Part shown: positions 49,183 to 59,260 of the stretch, one piece after another
Layout of the letters: the number at the start of each line of letters is the position of its first letter
How positions within the stretch are numbered: position 1 is the first letter of the stretch
DNA from: an uncultured Actinomycetes bacterium
GTDB taxonomy: Bacteria > Actinomycetota > Acidimicrobiia > Acidimicrobiales > CADCSY01
Assembly (NCBI GenBank): GCA_963743945.1
Contig: CAVURO010000002.1
Coordinates: forward strand, 19,433-83,432
Length of the DNA: 64,000 nt
Direction of reading: 5' to 3'
Notes under the pieces: generated by a model
Databases searched by the model: none
Told to the model about the DNA's origin: nothing
Seen by the model: only the letters and a program-made list of their open reading frames with translations
Position numbers and translations under genes: made by a program

Positions 49183-50227
49183 GAGCTACGAGGGCGCCGG
49201 AGTCAGCATCGATGCCGGTGAACTGGCCGTCTCTCGGATCAAGGACATGGTCCGATCGACCTATCGTCCGGAGGTCATCGGCGACATCGGGGGCTTCGGC
49301 GGGTTGTTCGGCCTTCCCCCCGGTCGTTATCGCCGGCCGGTCCTCGTGTCCGCCACCGATGGTGTGGGCACCAAGGCCATGGTGGCTCAGGCGCTGGGGC
49401 GCTTCGACACGATCGGCATCGATCTCGTGGCCATGTGTGTCGACGACCTGGTGTGTCAGGGTGCCGAGCCACTGTTCTTCCTCGACTACCTCTCGGTTGG
49501 CAGTCTCGACCCCGACCATGCCGCGGCCCTCGTGTCGGGAGTCGCCGAGGGTTGCCGCAGGGCCGGTTGCGCGCTCATCGGTGGGGAGATGGCCGAACAT
49601 CCGGGTGCCATGAAGCCGGGCGAGTTCGATCTTGTCGGCTTCGCCGTGGGTGTGGTGGAGCGAGACGAGATCCTGAGCTCGGGGATGGTCGAGCCAGGCG
49701 ATGTGCTCCTCGGCCTTCCCTCGCCCGGTCTGCGCTCGAACGGGTATTCCCTGGCCAGGCGGGTGCTGCTCCAGGTGGCAGGCCTTCCCCTGGATGGGCC
49801 TGCCTGGGCGGGGGCAGGCCGTACGCTGGGTGAGGAGTTGCTCGAACCCTCCGTGATCTTTGCCCCGGCCATCCTCGCCGCGCTTCGTGCGGGCATCGGC
49901 GTCCACTCGGTTGCCCACATCACCGGCGGAGGGATTCCGGCCAACCTGGCTCGGGTGCTGTCCGAGACGGTGGACGCCGTGGTTCATCGCGGCTCATGGT
50001 CCGTGCCACGCATCTTCGGCGAGATCCAACGGCTCGGTGACGTGGCCGACCAGGAGATGACCAGGGTGTTCAACATGGGCGTGGGCATGGTCGTGGTGGT
50101 GGCGGCAGACGATGCCGATCGGGCGATCGACGTTTTTGCCGATGCAGGCCAGGATGCCGGGAGGATCGGGAAGTTGATTCGGGGATCCGGCGAAGTCGTG
50201 GTGCTTCCCGATCCTCCCGGTCGCTGA
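49151..50227 (+). CDS. purM: AIR synthetase
   Basis: YEGAGVSIDAG...IGGFGGLF...SATDGVGTK...GGEMAEHPG. Start is ambiguous (ATG 49121/49127, GTG 49151, TTG 49175) and overlaps the purF 3' end. Confidence 0.93.
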   Translation: MSRWEFHPLGESYEGAGVSIDAGELAVSRIKDMVRSTYRPEVIGDIGGFGGLFGLPPGRYRRPVLVSATDGVGTKAMVAQALGRFDTIGIDLVAMCVDDLVCQGAEPLFFLDYLSVGSLDPDHAAALVSGVAEGCRRAGCALIGGEMAEHPGAMKPGEFDLVGFAVGVVERDEILSSGMVEPGDVLLGLPSPGLRSNGYSLARRVLLQVAGLPLDGPAWAGAGRTLGEELLEPSVIFAPAILAALRAGIGVHSVAHITGGGIPANLARVLSETVDAVVHRGSWSVPRIFGEIQRLGDVADQEMTRVFNMGVGMVVVVAADDADRAIDVFADAGQDAGRIGKLIRGSGEVVVLPDPPGR

Positions 50228-50231
50228 ACGG

Positions 50232-50858
50232 ATGGCCATGGGACCCAGGCTCCTCGTCGCCCTGACGATTCTCGTCTGCTTCGCGGCGGGCATCTATGCG
50301 GCAGGCATCGATCCTCAGCCCATGAGTGCGGCGGATGCGACCCGATTTGCCCGACGCGCGTTGGAGGAAAGTGGGGTGCGTGGAGCGACGTTCGACGGCA
50401 AGGTCGAGGCGAGCACCTTCACGCCCACCGGGTCGGACCCGGTCGCCGTCTGGCGCGTGACAGCCCGCGTCGGCGACGACGCCGTTGTGCTGTTCATCGA
50501 GCAGGTCGGTGATCAGGTCCTGAACCTGGACGACGAGATCGGCCCCGGCCGCCACGTGCTGAGCGACCAGCAGTTCGCGGCGCTCGGTCGTTTCCGCCAC
50601 GACCCGGTACGCGACCGCGCTCGGGAGCGGCAGTTCCTGCCGGCACTTGCGGCCGGTGGACTGGTAGGTCTCACGGGTGCGGCGCTCGCCATCGTTGCGG
50701 GTCGTGGGTTCGGCCAACCGCACCCGGGAAGGCCTGAGGCGGCCCCGGGGTCGGAACCCTCCACCGAGGCCGGCGCGAACGACGCCTCGGAACCCCGACC
50801 GCAGCCGGAGACGTCCGAGCCCGATCGCGAACCGGTGTCCGTGCCGGAGAAGCCCTGA
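50232..50858 (+). CDS. Hypothetical membrane protein, possible PepSY-like ectodomain
   Basis: N-terminal TM, a roughly 90-aa domain with a PepSY-like pattern (by eye), a second TM, and a Pro/Glu-rich tail. Starts 4 nt after purM. Confidence 0.55.
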   Translation: MAMGPRLLVALTILVCFAAGIYAAGIDPQPMSAADATRFARRALEESGVRGATFDGKVEASTFTPTGSDPVAVWRVTARVGDDAVVLFIEQVGDQVLNLDDEIGPGRHVLSDQQFAALGRFRHDPVRDRARERQFLPALAAGGLVGLTGAALAIVAGRGFGQPHPGRPEAAPGSEPSTEAGANDASEPRPQPETSEPDREPVSVPEKP

Positions 50859-50961
50859 ACCCGTCGCCCGAGCCCGTAGCGGGGGGATCGTGTTGACCGG
50901 ACAGCGCCGAACCTTCGCCACCTCTGCGTGACCCGGGCGCCGGCTCAGAACCCGGAGCGGT

Positions 50962-53172
50962 CTATTCGCCGAGGAGGGAACGGAGGGCCGTCACGATGTC
51001 GGCTGTTCCGATCAGCAGCTGGGCTTCGAGCGACGAGGCGTAGGGGAACGCCGGGACGTCGGGCGTCGCGAGCCGACGGACCGGAACGTCGAGGTTGTAG
51101 AACGCCTCCTCGGCGATGGTCGCGGCCACCTCTGCTCCGACGCCGAAGCTGATGTTGTCCTCGTGGACGATCAGGACCCGGCCGGTTCGACAGGCAGATT
51201 CCAGGACGGTTTCCCGATCGATCGGCGAGATGGTGCGCAGGTCGATCACCTCGACCGAGTAACCCTCACCCGCGAGTTGCTCGGCTGCCTCGACAGCCAG
51301 GTGCCGATGGAGTCCATAGGTGATGACCGAGCAGTCGTGTCCGGGCCGGACGATGTCGGCGACCCCGATCGGTACGCGCCAATCAAGGTCGTTGGGGACA
51401 GGTCCCTTGATGAGTCGGTAGGTCTTCTTGTGCTCGAGAAAGAGCACCGGGTCGGGGTCGAGGACGGCCTCCCGCAGCATGCCTGCCACATCCGCAGGCG
51501 TTGACGGAGCGACCACCTTGAGGCCAGGCACGTGTGCATAGAAGGCCTCGATGGACTGTGAGTGATAGAGCGCTCCATGGATGCCGCCGCCCCATGGCGC
51601 CCTGATCACGAGCGGAACGTTGAAGTCACCGTTGGACCGGTAGTACATGCGGGCGGCTTCGCTGACGATCTGGTCGAACGCGGAATGGATGAAGTCGGCG
51701 AACTGGATCTCCATGACCGGCCGAAGCCCTGCGAGAGCCAGGCCGATGGCGACACCGACGATCGACGACTCGGCGAGTGGGGTATCGAAACACCGGGCCC
51801 CGAAGGCCTTGTGGAGCCCGTCGGTGGCACGGAAGACGCCGCCGGCTCCGCCGACGTCCTCGCCGAGGATGACCACGCGCTCGTCCTGGGTCATGAGCTG
51901 GGAAAGGGTGTGGCGAACGGCCTCGACCACATTGCGTTCGGTTGTGCTCTCGCCGGATCCATCGGGCTCCGGACGCGGCGCCCTTCTTGCTGCCGGCGTG
52001 GTCGCCTCGACGTTCGGAGCGTTGTGCAGGGGCTGCAGCGGACGGGCAAAGACCTTGGTGAAGGCCGTTTGGGGTGGTGCCTCCTCGGCGGCGTCTGCGG
52101 TCTCGAGCGCTCGTTGTACCCGGGCCTGAATCTCGGATTCCATGCGAGCCTCGGTGGACTCGCTCAACAGGCGCTGTTCGATGAGGTACTGCTGGAGCAG
52201 GGCTACCGGATCTTTTCTCCGCCACCGCTCGACCTCCTCGGCCGAACGATAACGGCTGTCATCGTCGTCGGAGGTGTGGCCCAGGAACCGGTACGTCTTG
52301 CATTCGATCAGGCTGGGTCCTCCGCCTCGGCGGGCACGATTGACGGCTTCGCTCGTTGCCGCGTACACGTCGAGCGCATCGTTGCCGTCGACGATGATGC
52401 CCGGCATCCGGTAGGAGTGCGCGTGCTGGGCGATGTCGTCGATGGCCGATTCCTCGTCGAGGGGCACCGAGATGGCATAGCCGTTGTTCTCGCAGATGAA
52501 CACCACGGGCAGCCGATGGATGCCGGCAAAGTTCAGCCCCTCGTGGAAGTCGCCTTTCGAGGCAGCACCGTCGCCGAACCAGCACGTCGTGACCTGGTCG
52601 GTCCCTCGCAGCCGGGCAGCCATCGCGAGCCCCGCAGCATGGGGAAGTTGCGTGGCGATCGGCGATGAGCCGCTGATGATGCCGAGCCTTCGGGATCCCC
52701 AGTGGTTCGGCATCTGCCGACCGCCCGAGTTGGGGTCCTCCCCCTTGCTCAACACACTGAAGAGCACCTCTTCGGGAGTCATGCCCAGCGTGAGCACGAC
52801 ACCGAGGTCCCGGTAGTACGGCAGCACCCAGTCCGTCGTCTCGTCCAGCAGCGCCGGGTCGGCGAGGTCGGCGTCCTCGAGGGGACGATGCGGGCCGGCG
52901 TGACGGAGTGCCCACGCGGACGCGACCTGCGCGCCTTCGTGACCTTGTGCCGAAATGGCAAAAGGCGCCTTCCCCATGCGATTCAGGCTCCAGATCCGCT
53001 CGTCGAGTCGACGCGTCAACAACATGAGTCGGTAGATGGCCACGACGTCGTCGTCACTCAGCCCCAACTCGTGGTGGCGGTCCTCGAGGTGGAGAGCGGT
53101 CCGGTCGGGAAGCGGTCCAACGGGCGTGACGCGGGGGAGATGGTCGCTGACGGCGGCCCCTGGTTCGTTCAT
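50962..53172 (-). CDS. Fused 2-oxoacid dehydrogenase E1 component (alpha + beta in one polypeptide, TPP-dependent)
   Basis: Alpha part: AISAQGHEGAQVA..., TPP motif GDGAASKGDFHEGLNFA. Linker. Beta part: VILGEDVGGAGGVFRATDGL..., FDTPLAESSIVG. ATG 53172 follows GGAAAGGAAGG. Confidence 0.88.
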   Translation of the reverse strand: MNEPGAAVSDHLPRVTPVGPLPDRTALHLEDRHHELGLSDDDVVAIYRLMLLTRRLDERIWSLNRMGKAPFAISAQGHEGAQVASAWALRHAGPHRPLEDADLADPALLDETTDWVLPYYRDLGVVLTLGMTPEEVLFSVLSKGEDPNSGGRQMPNHWGSRRLGIISGSSPIATQLPHAAGLAMAARLRGTDQVTTCWFGDGAASKGDFHEGLNFAGIHRLPVVFICENNGYAISVPLDEESAIDDIAQHAHSYRMPGIIVDGNDALDVYAATSEAVNRARRGGGPSLIECKTYRFLGHTSDDDDSRYRSAEEVERWRRKDPVALLQQYLIEQRLLSESTEARMESEIQARVQRALETADAAEEAPPQTAFTKVFARPLQPLHNAPNVEATTPAARRAPRPEPDGSGESTTERNVVEAVRHTLSQLMTQDERVVILGEDVGGAGGVFRATDGLHKAFGARCFDTPLAESSIVGVAIGLALAGLRPVMEIQFADFIHSAFDQIVSEAARMYYRSNGDFNVPLVIRAPWGGGIHGALYHSQSIEAFYAHVPGLKVVAPSTPADVAGMLREAVLDPDPVLFLEHKKTYRLIKGPVPNDLDWRVPIGVADIVRPGHDCSVITYGLHRHLAVEAAEQLAGEGYSVEVIDLRTISPIDRETVLESACRTGRVLIVHEDNISFGVGAEVAATIAEEAFYNLDVPVRRLATPDVPAFPYASSLEAQLLIGTADIVTALRSLLGE

Positions 53173-53497
53173 CGGTGCCTTCCTTTCCCTGCCCTGCGGT
53201 GCTCTTCGATGATCGGCCCGTCCATGGTCCGGGTTGAGAACAGCTGGGGATGGGTGGGTTCGTGTCCATGCTAGTGAAGGTCCCCAAGGATGTCGGTGAG
53301 CCACACCGGATCGCGGTGCGTGCTCACCCGGCCATGACCGGCCCGGGTCCAGGAAAGGAGATGATCCGAATGGGCCATTCCCTTGAAATGGTCCCATCGG
53401 TACCTTTGAGGCATTCGGGCACGAACGCCGTGTTCGGACACACCAACATCACCGCATTCGTCGCACTCGAGACGCACTACACCCAGGAGATGGACCG

Positions 53498-53701
53498 ATG
53501 GCTTTCCAGCCGCAGAACGAAGACCCGCTGCTGACCCCGGCGGAGGTGGCCGCGATGTTTCGGGTCAACCCGAAGACCGTCACCAGGTGGTCCCGCAAGG
53601 GCCAGCTCACCGCAGTCCGCACGCTCGGCGGGCACCGCAGGTTCCGGGCCTCGGAAGTCGCTCGTTGCGTCGAGGCAATGGCCATGGAGTCGCATTCCTG
53701 A
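53498..53701 (+). CDS. bldC: BldC-family small MerR-like DNA-binding protein
   Basis: 67 aa. DPLLTPAEVAAMFRVNPKTVTRWSRKGQLTAVRTLGGHRRFR closely matches my recollection of Streptomyces BldC. Confidence 0.85.
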   Translation: MAFQPQNEDPLLTPAEVAAMFRVNPKTVTRWSRKGQLTAVRTLGGHRRFRASEVARCVEAMAMESHS

Positions 53702-53759
53702 CTCCCGGGCGACGACCATCTTGGGCATGACCCTCGGAGGCCGATAACGTCAAGGGGCA

Positions 53760-55202
53760 ATGGCATCACCTAGCGCTGCATATTCCGTTTGTATCCGTGT
53801 CGAGGTGGATCATCGCCCCGGCACGCTGGGCCGTCTTGCAACCGCCATCGGCGAGGCCGGCGGCAACATCGTTGCGCTCGACATCGTCGACGGAACCGGA
53901 AACCGCATCGTCCAGGACGTGAGCGTTGATGCCCGCAACGACGACCATGTCGAGGAGATCCGCAAGGCCCTCCAGGCGCTGGACGGGGTGACGGTCCGTG
54001 ACGTCCGTGACCGCACCTTCCTGCTGCACCGGGGAGGCAAGATCGAGGTCCGATCCAAGATCCGTCTCGAGAACCGTGACGATCTCTCGATGGCGTACAC
54101 GCCGGGCGTGGCCCGCGTGTGCAACGCGATCGCCGCCGAACCCGACCGGGTGCACGAACTGACGATCAAGAAGAACTCGGTCGCCATCGTCACCGACGGT
54201 ACTGCAGTGCTCGGACTCGGCGACCTTGGTCCGGAGGCATCCCTGCCGGTGATGGAGGGCAAGGCGCAACTGTTCAAGGAGTTCGCCGGCATCGACGCCT
54301 TTCCCATCTGCCTGAAGGTCGATCGCCCGGATGAGAACGGCGTCGACCGGGGCGCTGCACAGCTGATCGAGGCGGTGCAACGCCTCGAGCCTGTCTTCGG
54401 CGGGATCAACCTCGAGGATGTCGCAGCGCCGCGTTGCTTCGAGGTCGAGGAGCAGCTGCAGGCGACGCTCGGCATTCCGGTGTTTCACGACGATCAGCAC
54501 GGAACCGCGGTGGTGGTGCTCGCCGCGCTCTGGAACAGCCTGCTGGTGGTCGACAAGAAGATGGAGGACCTCAAGGTCGTCATTGCCGGCGTCGGTGCGG
54601 CCGGCGTTGCCATAGCCAAGATCCTGTTGCAGGCAGGTGTGCCCAACGTGATCGGCGTCGATCGCAAGGGTGCGGTCTACGAGGGGCGCAGCGATCTCAA
54701 CGCGGCCAAGCAGTGGTTTGCGGAACGAACCAACCCCGAGATGCGTCGAGGCGCGCTGCACGAGGTGCTCCCCGGTGCGGATGTCTTCGTCGGTGTGAGC
54801 GGCCCCGGCCTCCTGGTGCGAGACGACCTGCGGGTCATGCACAAGGACCCGATCGTCTTCGCGCTCGCGAATCCTGACCCGGAGATCACCCCCGAAGAGG
54901 CCGAGGGACTGGTCTCGGTCATCGCGACCGGACGCAGCGACTACCCCAACCAGATCAACAACGTGTTGTGCTTCCCCGGGATCTTCCGAGGCGCGCTCGA
55001 CGTCGGGGCCTACCGAATCACCGAGGGCATGAAGCTCGCCGCCGCGAAGGCCATCGCCAGTGCCGTTCCCGAGGACGAGCTCTCGGCGGGCTACGTCGTG
55101 CCGAGTGTCTTCAACAAGCGGGTGGTCGAGTTGGTGGCTTCCGGCGTGGCCGACGCGGCCGTCGCCGATGACGTGGTGCGTCGGGGCAAAGCACGCTCTT
55201 GA
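53760..55202 (+). CDS. NAD(P)-dependent malic enzyme with N-terminal ACT-like domain
   Basis: LSMAYTPGVARVC, VTDGTAVLGLGDLG, VFHDDQHGTAVV, GVGAAGVA Rossmann. Confidence 0.92.
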   Translation: MASPSAAYSVCIRVEVDHRPGTLGRLATAIGEAGGNIVALDIVDGTGNRIVQDVSVDARNDDHVEEIRKALQALDGVTVRDVRDRTFLLHRGGKIEVRSKIRLENRDDLSMAYTPGVARVCNAIAAEPDRVHELTIKKNSVAIVTDGTAVLGLGDLGPEASLPVMEGKAQLFKEFAGIDAFPICLKVDRPDENGVDRGAAQLIEAVQRLEPVFGGINLEDVAAPRCFEVEEQLQATLGIPVFHDDQHGTAVVVLAALWNSLLVVDKKMEDLKVVIAGVGAAGVAIAKILLQAGVPNVIGVDRKGAVYEGRSDLNAAKQWFAERTNPEMRRGALHEVLPGADVFVGVSGPGLLVRDDLRVMHKDPIVFALANPDPEITPEEAEGLVSVIATGRSDYPNQINNVLCFPGIFRGALDVGAYRITEGMKLAAAKAIASAVPEDELSAGYVVPSVFNKRVVELVASGVADAAVADDVVRRGKARS

Positions 55203-55924
55203 GCTTTCAGGCGGTCACGTTCGACTATTGGAACACCCTCATCTTCGAGGATGGGGTCGACCTCCGGAAACATCGCATCGGCGTGTGGACCGATCTGCTG
55301 GCAGGGGCGGGAGTCGTCGTCGACCAGGAGGCGTTGGAGGCGGCGTACGCAGGGGCCTGGCTGCGCTATGTCGAGTCCTGGAAGGCGGACGAGCAGTTCC
55401 TGGCACCGGCTGCGGCGGCCCACATCCTCGCCGAGCTGGATCTCGATCTGGAGCCATCGGTACGCCGGGAGTTGATCGAGGTCTTCGAGGTGTCGGGTGA
55501 ATCGGCGGATCTCCGCCTTACGGAGGGCATCGTGGATTGTCTGGCGACGCTGAGGGAGGCCGGGATCGCGCTCGGCATCGTCTGCGACGTCGGCTTCACC
55601 CCGTCGATCATCCTCCGGGGCCATCTCCGCAGGCACGGCGTGCTCGAGCACTTCGATCACTGGTCGTTTTCCGACGAGGTCGGCCACTACAAGCCGTCGT
55701 CGGCGATCTTCGATCATGCGCTTTCGGGCCTCGGCAACCCGGACCCCAAAAGGACAGCCCATGTCGGCGACATTCGCCGTACCGATGTCGCGGGCGCCCG
55801 GGCCATGGGCATGGTCGCCGTCCGTTACACCGGGGTCAGCGACGATGCCACCCAACCCGAGCCCGAGGGCCATCACGTCATCGCTCATCACGACGAGCTA
55901 CCGGCCGTGCTCGGTGTCGCCTGA
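55199..55924 (+). CDS. HAD-superfamily hydrolase
   Basis: Motif I-like VTFDYWNTL, motif IV HVGDIRRTDVAGA. The TTG start overlaps the malic enzyme stop. Confidence 0.75.
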   Translation: MSFQAVTFDYWNTLIFEDGVDLRKHRIGVWTDLLAGAGVVVDQEALEAAYAGAWLRYVESWKADEQFLAPAAAAHILAELDLDLEPSVRRELIEVFEVSGESADLRLTEGIVDCLATLREAGIALGIVCDVGFTPSIILRGHLRRHGVLEHFDHWSFSDEVGHYKPSSAIFDHALSGLGNPDPKRTAHVGDIRRTDVAGARAMGMVAVRYTGVSDDATQPEPEGHHVIAHHDELPAVLGVA

Positions 55925-55997
55925 CGACCAACGGTCGATCGAGTGCCGCGGAGGCCATCGCCGCTCGGCTCGAATCACGAGCGCGGAAATGCGGATT

Positions 55998-56073
55998 TGG
56001 TGGTCGGGACCGGCGTCGATCCGGTGACCTCACGCTTTTCAGGCGCGCGCTCTGCCAACTGAGCTACCCGACC
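55998..56073 (-). tRNA. tRNA-Phe (anticodon GAA), CCA encoded
   Basis: Reverse complement GGTCGGGTAGCTCAGTTGGCAGAGCGCGCGCCTGAAAAGCGTGAGGTCACCGGATCGACGCCGGTCCCGACCACCA folds as a cloverleaf. 7-bp acceptor stem GGTCGGG/CCCGACC. Confidence 0.95.
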
Positions 56074-56105
56074 TTGCATGCGGGGACGTCAGAGGACCTC
56101 CCCAG

Positions 56106-56180
56106 CGGTCCCGACGGGATTTGAACCCGCGACCTCCGCCTTGACAGGGCGGCGTGCACTCCAGACTGCACTACGGGACC
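56106..56180 (-). tRNA. tRNA-Asp (anticodon GTC)
   Basis: Reverse complement GGTCCCGTAGTGCAGTCTGGAGTGCACGCCGCCCTGTCAAGGCGGAGGTCGCGGGTTCAAATCCCGTCGGGACCG. T-loop GGTTCAAATCC. No encoded CCA. Confidence 0.95.
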
Positions 56181-56213
56181 AGGGTGAGCGCTTATGTCTG
56201 CGCCGCTCTTGCG

Positions 56214-56286
56214 CACCCCCAACGGGATTCGAACCCGTGCTGCCGCCGTGAAAGGGCGGTGTCCTAGGCCGCTAGACGATGGGGGC
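56214..56286 (-). tRNA. tRNA-Glu (anticodon TTC)
   Basis: Reverse complement GCCCCCATCGTCTAGCGGCCTAGGACACCGCCCTTTCACGGCGGCAGCACGGGTTCGAATCCCGTTGGGGGTG. No encoded CCA. Confidence 0.95.
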
Positions 56287-56389
56287 TCGGTATCCGTTTC
56301 GGGCCCCGATGACGTTAGCAGCTCACGTGGCGCAATCCGCTACTCCGAGAGGAACACTCCACCCCGTGGCGGGGCCATCGGCCGGCCAT

Positions 56390-56863
56390 TCATGCGAGCG
56401 ACTCGATCATCGAGTCGAGCAGGTAGCCGAGATAGCCGTAGACGGCGTAGGTGTCCGCTTGCGGGTGGTTCGGATCGAGCAGGTTCGGGTCGTCGTCCTC
56501 GCTGACATCGAGGTGGGTTCCGAGGATCAGCCGGAGATCGTTGACCACGTTCATCCAGGCCGACAGAGCCTGTTCGTCGATTCGTCCCGCTTCGAGGGTG
56601 TCGCGCACCGTACGAAGCTTCTCGCGACGAAGAGCGACCAGGTCGTTGCCGACCAGCACCTGGTACGAGGCCTCGAGATCGGGGTCATCGGGGTGGGCAA
56701 CCGGGAAAAGTCGCCGCAGGACGGGGTTGTCGCTCGGCCTCTGCTCGTCGGCCAACGCGGCGTCGAGTTGTTCCACGAGGTCACCGAGGAGGCGACGCTC
56801 GGGCTCCGAAAGCTTGAGCTCGAAGTCGCCCTGGCGGGTTCGGCGCACGGGGCCCCGGCTCAT
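56390..56863 (-). CDS. DUF2017-family protein (conserved ClpS neighbour in actinobacteria)
   Basis: Start at MSRGPVRR. Acidic protein directly downstream of clpS. The family call rests on recalled synteny and composition. Confidence 0.65.
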   Translation of the reverse strand: MSRGPVRRTRQGDFELKLSEPERRLLGDLVEQLDAALADEQRPSDNPVLRRLFPVAHPDDPDLEASYQVLVGNDLVALRREKLRTVRDTLEAGRIDEQALSAWMNVVNDLRLILGTHLDVSEDDDPNLLDPNHPQADTYAVYGYLGYLLDSMIESLA

Positions 56864-56879
56864 GCGAGGTGTCGTGTCA

Positions 56880-57182
56880 TCAGTCGTGCTGCATGGTCGC
56901 CCAAAGACCATGCTCGTGGAGGCGGAACACGTCGAGCTCACACTTCTCGCGTGTGCCGTTCGCCACCACCGCCCGACCTTTTTCGTGGACGTCAAGCATC
57001 ATGGCGGTCGCCTTCTCCCTGCTGTAGCCGAACAGCTTCTGCAGCACGAAGGTCACGTACGACATCAGGTTGATCGGGTCGTTCCAGACGAGGACGATCC
57101 AGGGCGTGTCGGCGGCAACGGACTCATCCGATGTCGGCTCGTCGACCTCGACCGGAGCGAGCGACATCGACAGCGGTGTCAT
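56880..57182 (-). CDS. clpS: ATP-dependent Clp protease adaptor ClpS
   Basis: [47 protein letters not shown]. Confidence 0.93.
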   Translation of the reverse strand: MTPLSMSLAPVEVDEPTSDESVAADTPWIVLVWNDPINLMSYVTFVLQKLFGYSREKATAMMLDVHEKGRAVVANGTREKCELDVFRLHEHGLWATMQHD

Positions 57183-58129
57183 GACTGCATGTTAGAGCCC
57201 CTGACGGCGGGGGTGAGAGGGGGAACCCTTGTCCCGGGTTTGATCGCCGGTCGCGAGAACTTCAGCGTGAGGTGCAGAGAGGCCAGCCACACGAGTGACG
57301 CTCCCAGGAGGTGGAAGCCGACCAGCAGTGCCGGAACGCCGTTGAAGTACTGCGTGTAGCCGATCCCGGCCTGGGCGACCAGAACGATGAGCAGCAACTC
57401 ACCCGCGCGGTTCGCCGACGGGGGTGCGCCCGAGCGCCTGAGGTGCCGCATCAACACCAGCGTGATCGCCACCAGCATGATGACGCTGCCCCCGTGGATC
57501 CGGGCAGCCTCGGTGATGTCCAGGTTCAGACGATCGACGTCGGCGTCGCCGGCATGGGGGCCGGCAGCGGTGACCACCGTTCCGGTGAACAACACCAGCG
57601 TGGCAGCGACCAGAACCAGCCTTCCCAGCATGGTGGTGACGGCATCGACCACGGGCACTCGAGGGCCTTCGTCCTCCTCGGCACGGTGGACCAACACCAT
57701 CGCATTGCCGATGAGCACCATGGAGAGGAGGAAATGGCCCATCACAAAGGGAGGGCTCAGCTCCACGAGCACCGTGATGCCGCCGAGCACGATCTGGCCG
57801 ATCACGCCGGCCACCAGGCCCAGTGACAGCACGGTCAGATCACGTCGCCGAGGTGAGCGTCTCAGCGAGCCGAGCACGGCCACGATGACCGCCACGGACA
57901 CCAGGCCGGTCACCAGTCGGTTGACGAACTCCACCATGGCATGGAGATCGCCTGCGCTGACCGGGGTCAGGCTGCCGGGCGAGCAGTTCGGCCAATCGGT
58001 GCAACCGAGACCGGAGCCGGTGAGGCGTACTGCTCCTCCCGAGACGACGATGAAGACCAGGGCGATGAGCGCAACTCGGGTGATGTGGCGATACGTCGTG
58101 GGGGAAACGCTGATGGGAGCCACCGCCAC
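57179..58129 (-). CDS. ctaA: Heme A synthase (COX15/CtaA)
   Basis: [19 protein letters not shown], eight TM segments with paired His residues. ATGA overlap with clpS. Confidence 0.9.
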   Translation of the reverse strand: MAVAPISVSPTTYRHITRVALIALVFIVVSGGAVRLTGSGLGCTDWPNCSPGSLTPVSAGDLHAMVEFVNRLVTGLVSVAVIVAVLGSLRRSPRRRDLTVLSLGLVAGVIGQIVLGGITVLVELSPPFVMGHFLLSMVLIGNAMVLVHRAEEDEGPRVPVVDAVTTMLGRLVLVAATLVLFTGTVVTAAGPHAGDADVDRLNLDITEAARIHGGSVIMLVAITLVLMRHLRRSGAPPSANRAGELLLIVLVAQAGIGYTQYFNGVPALLVGFHLLGASLVWLASLHLTLKFSRPAIKPGTRVPPLTPAVRGSNMQS

Positions 58130-58194
58130 ATGGTAAATGCGGTCGCCGCGGTCTTCGACTTGGGCGGTGCCCGCCGCTCCCCTAACCTCGCAGT

Positions 58195-59109
58195 GTGCTG
58201 CATCCCGCGACCCTGCCCGTGTCCTTGCGCACCCGGCTTGTTTCGGTGGTCGGCGCCTACGTGGCGCTGACGAAGCCCCGCATCATCGAGTTGCTTCTGA
58301 TCACCACGGTCCCAACCATGGTCGTCGCAGCGAGAGGCTTTCCGTCAGGGTGGCTGGTGCTTGCAACATTGTTGGGCGGCACGTTGGCCGCCGGTGGGGC
58401 CAACGCGATCAACATGTACGTCGATCGCGACATCGACGCGATCATGGAGCGGACCCGGAACCGTCCTCTTGTGACCGGAGCGGTCGCTCCTCAGCACGCG
58501 CTCGTCTTCGCGATCGGGCTCGAAGTGGCGGCGTTCGCATCCCTGTGGGCGCTGGTCAATCTCCTCAGCGCTGTTCTGGCGGTCTCGGCGACCCTGTTCT
58601 ACGTCTTCATCTACACGATGTGGTTGAAGCGGAGTTCCACCTCGAACATCGTCATCGGGGGCGCGGCGGGGGCGGTGCCGGTGTTGGTGGGTTGGGCTGC
58701 GGTGGAGAACTCCCTGGGCTGGGCACCACTGGTCCTTTTCGCCATCATCTTCTACTGGACCCCGCCCCACTTCTGGGCACTTGCCGTTCGGTACAAGGAC
58801 GACTATGCGGCGGCGGGGGTGCCGATGCTGCCCGCGGTGGTCAGCCTCCGAGCCACGGCGGTACGGATGCTCGGCTACACCCTCTTCCTCTGGGCCTTGA
58901 CCCTGGTGTTCGCCCCGGTCGCAGACATGGGATGGCTTTACGTGAGCGCAGCGATGGTGCTCGGCGGCATCTTCGTCTGGTACGCCGTGCGCCTGTTGCG
59001 CAACCCCACCGCTGGGGTCGCGATGTCGATGTTCACCTATTCGATCACCTACATCAGCTTGTTGTTCGGGGCGATGGCGCTGGACCAGGTTCTGCGGTCG
59101 GGAGCGTGA
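58195..59109 (+). CDS. ctaB: Protoheme IX farnesyltransferase (heme O synthase)
   Basis: LTKPRIIELLLITT, GGANAINMYVDRDIDAIMERTRNRPL, YWTPPHFWALA. Confidence 0.94.
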   Translation: MLHPATLPVSLRTRLVSVVGAYVALTKPRIIELLLITTVPTMVVAARGFPSGWLVLATLLGGTLAAGGANAINMYVDRDIDAIMERTRNRPLVTGAVAPQHALVFAIGLEVAAFASLWALVNLLSAVLAVSATLFYVFIYTMWLKRSSTSNIVIGGAAGAVPVLVGWAAVENSLGWAPLVLFAIIFYWTPPHFWALAVRYKDDYAAAGVPMLPAVVSLRATAVRMLGYTLFLWALTLVFAPVADMGWLYVSAAMVLGGIFVWYAVRLLRNPTAGVAMSMFTYSITYISLLFGAMALDQVLRSGA

Positions 59110-59133
59110 GGTGAGGTCGCAGGCAAGGTCGGA

Positions 59134-59155
59134 GCGGGGGGATTTCTCCCCCCGC
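59134..59155 (+). terminator. GC-rich stem-loop after ctaB (9-bp stem, 4-nt loop, no U-tract)
   Basis: GCGGGGGGA-tttc-TCCCCCCGC, 25 nt after the ctaB stop. A TAGAGT hexamer follows at 59169-59174. Confidence 0.45.
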
Positions 59156-59260
59156 CACTCATGGTGTGTAGAGTCCGGTCCGGCCGCGATCGGCCGTCAC
59201 CCAGGCCAGAGCAGGGCGTCACAGGGCGTCGTGCGACGATTCCGAGGTTCGTGCTGATTC

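Noticed and set aside
53361-53534. 58-codon ORF after a GGAAAGGAG-like sequence in the bldC leader.
   Set aside because: Third-codon positions are not GC-biased, unlike every real gene here. The SD-like run abuts the ATG with no spacing, and the ORF overlaps the bldC start out of frame. It is more likely non-coding leader.
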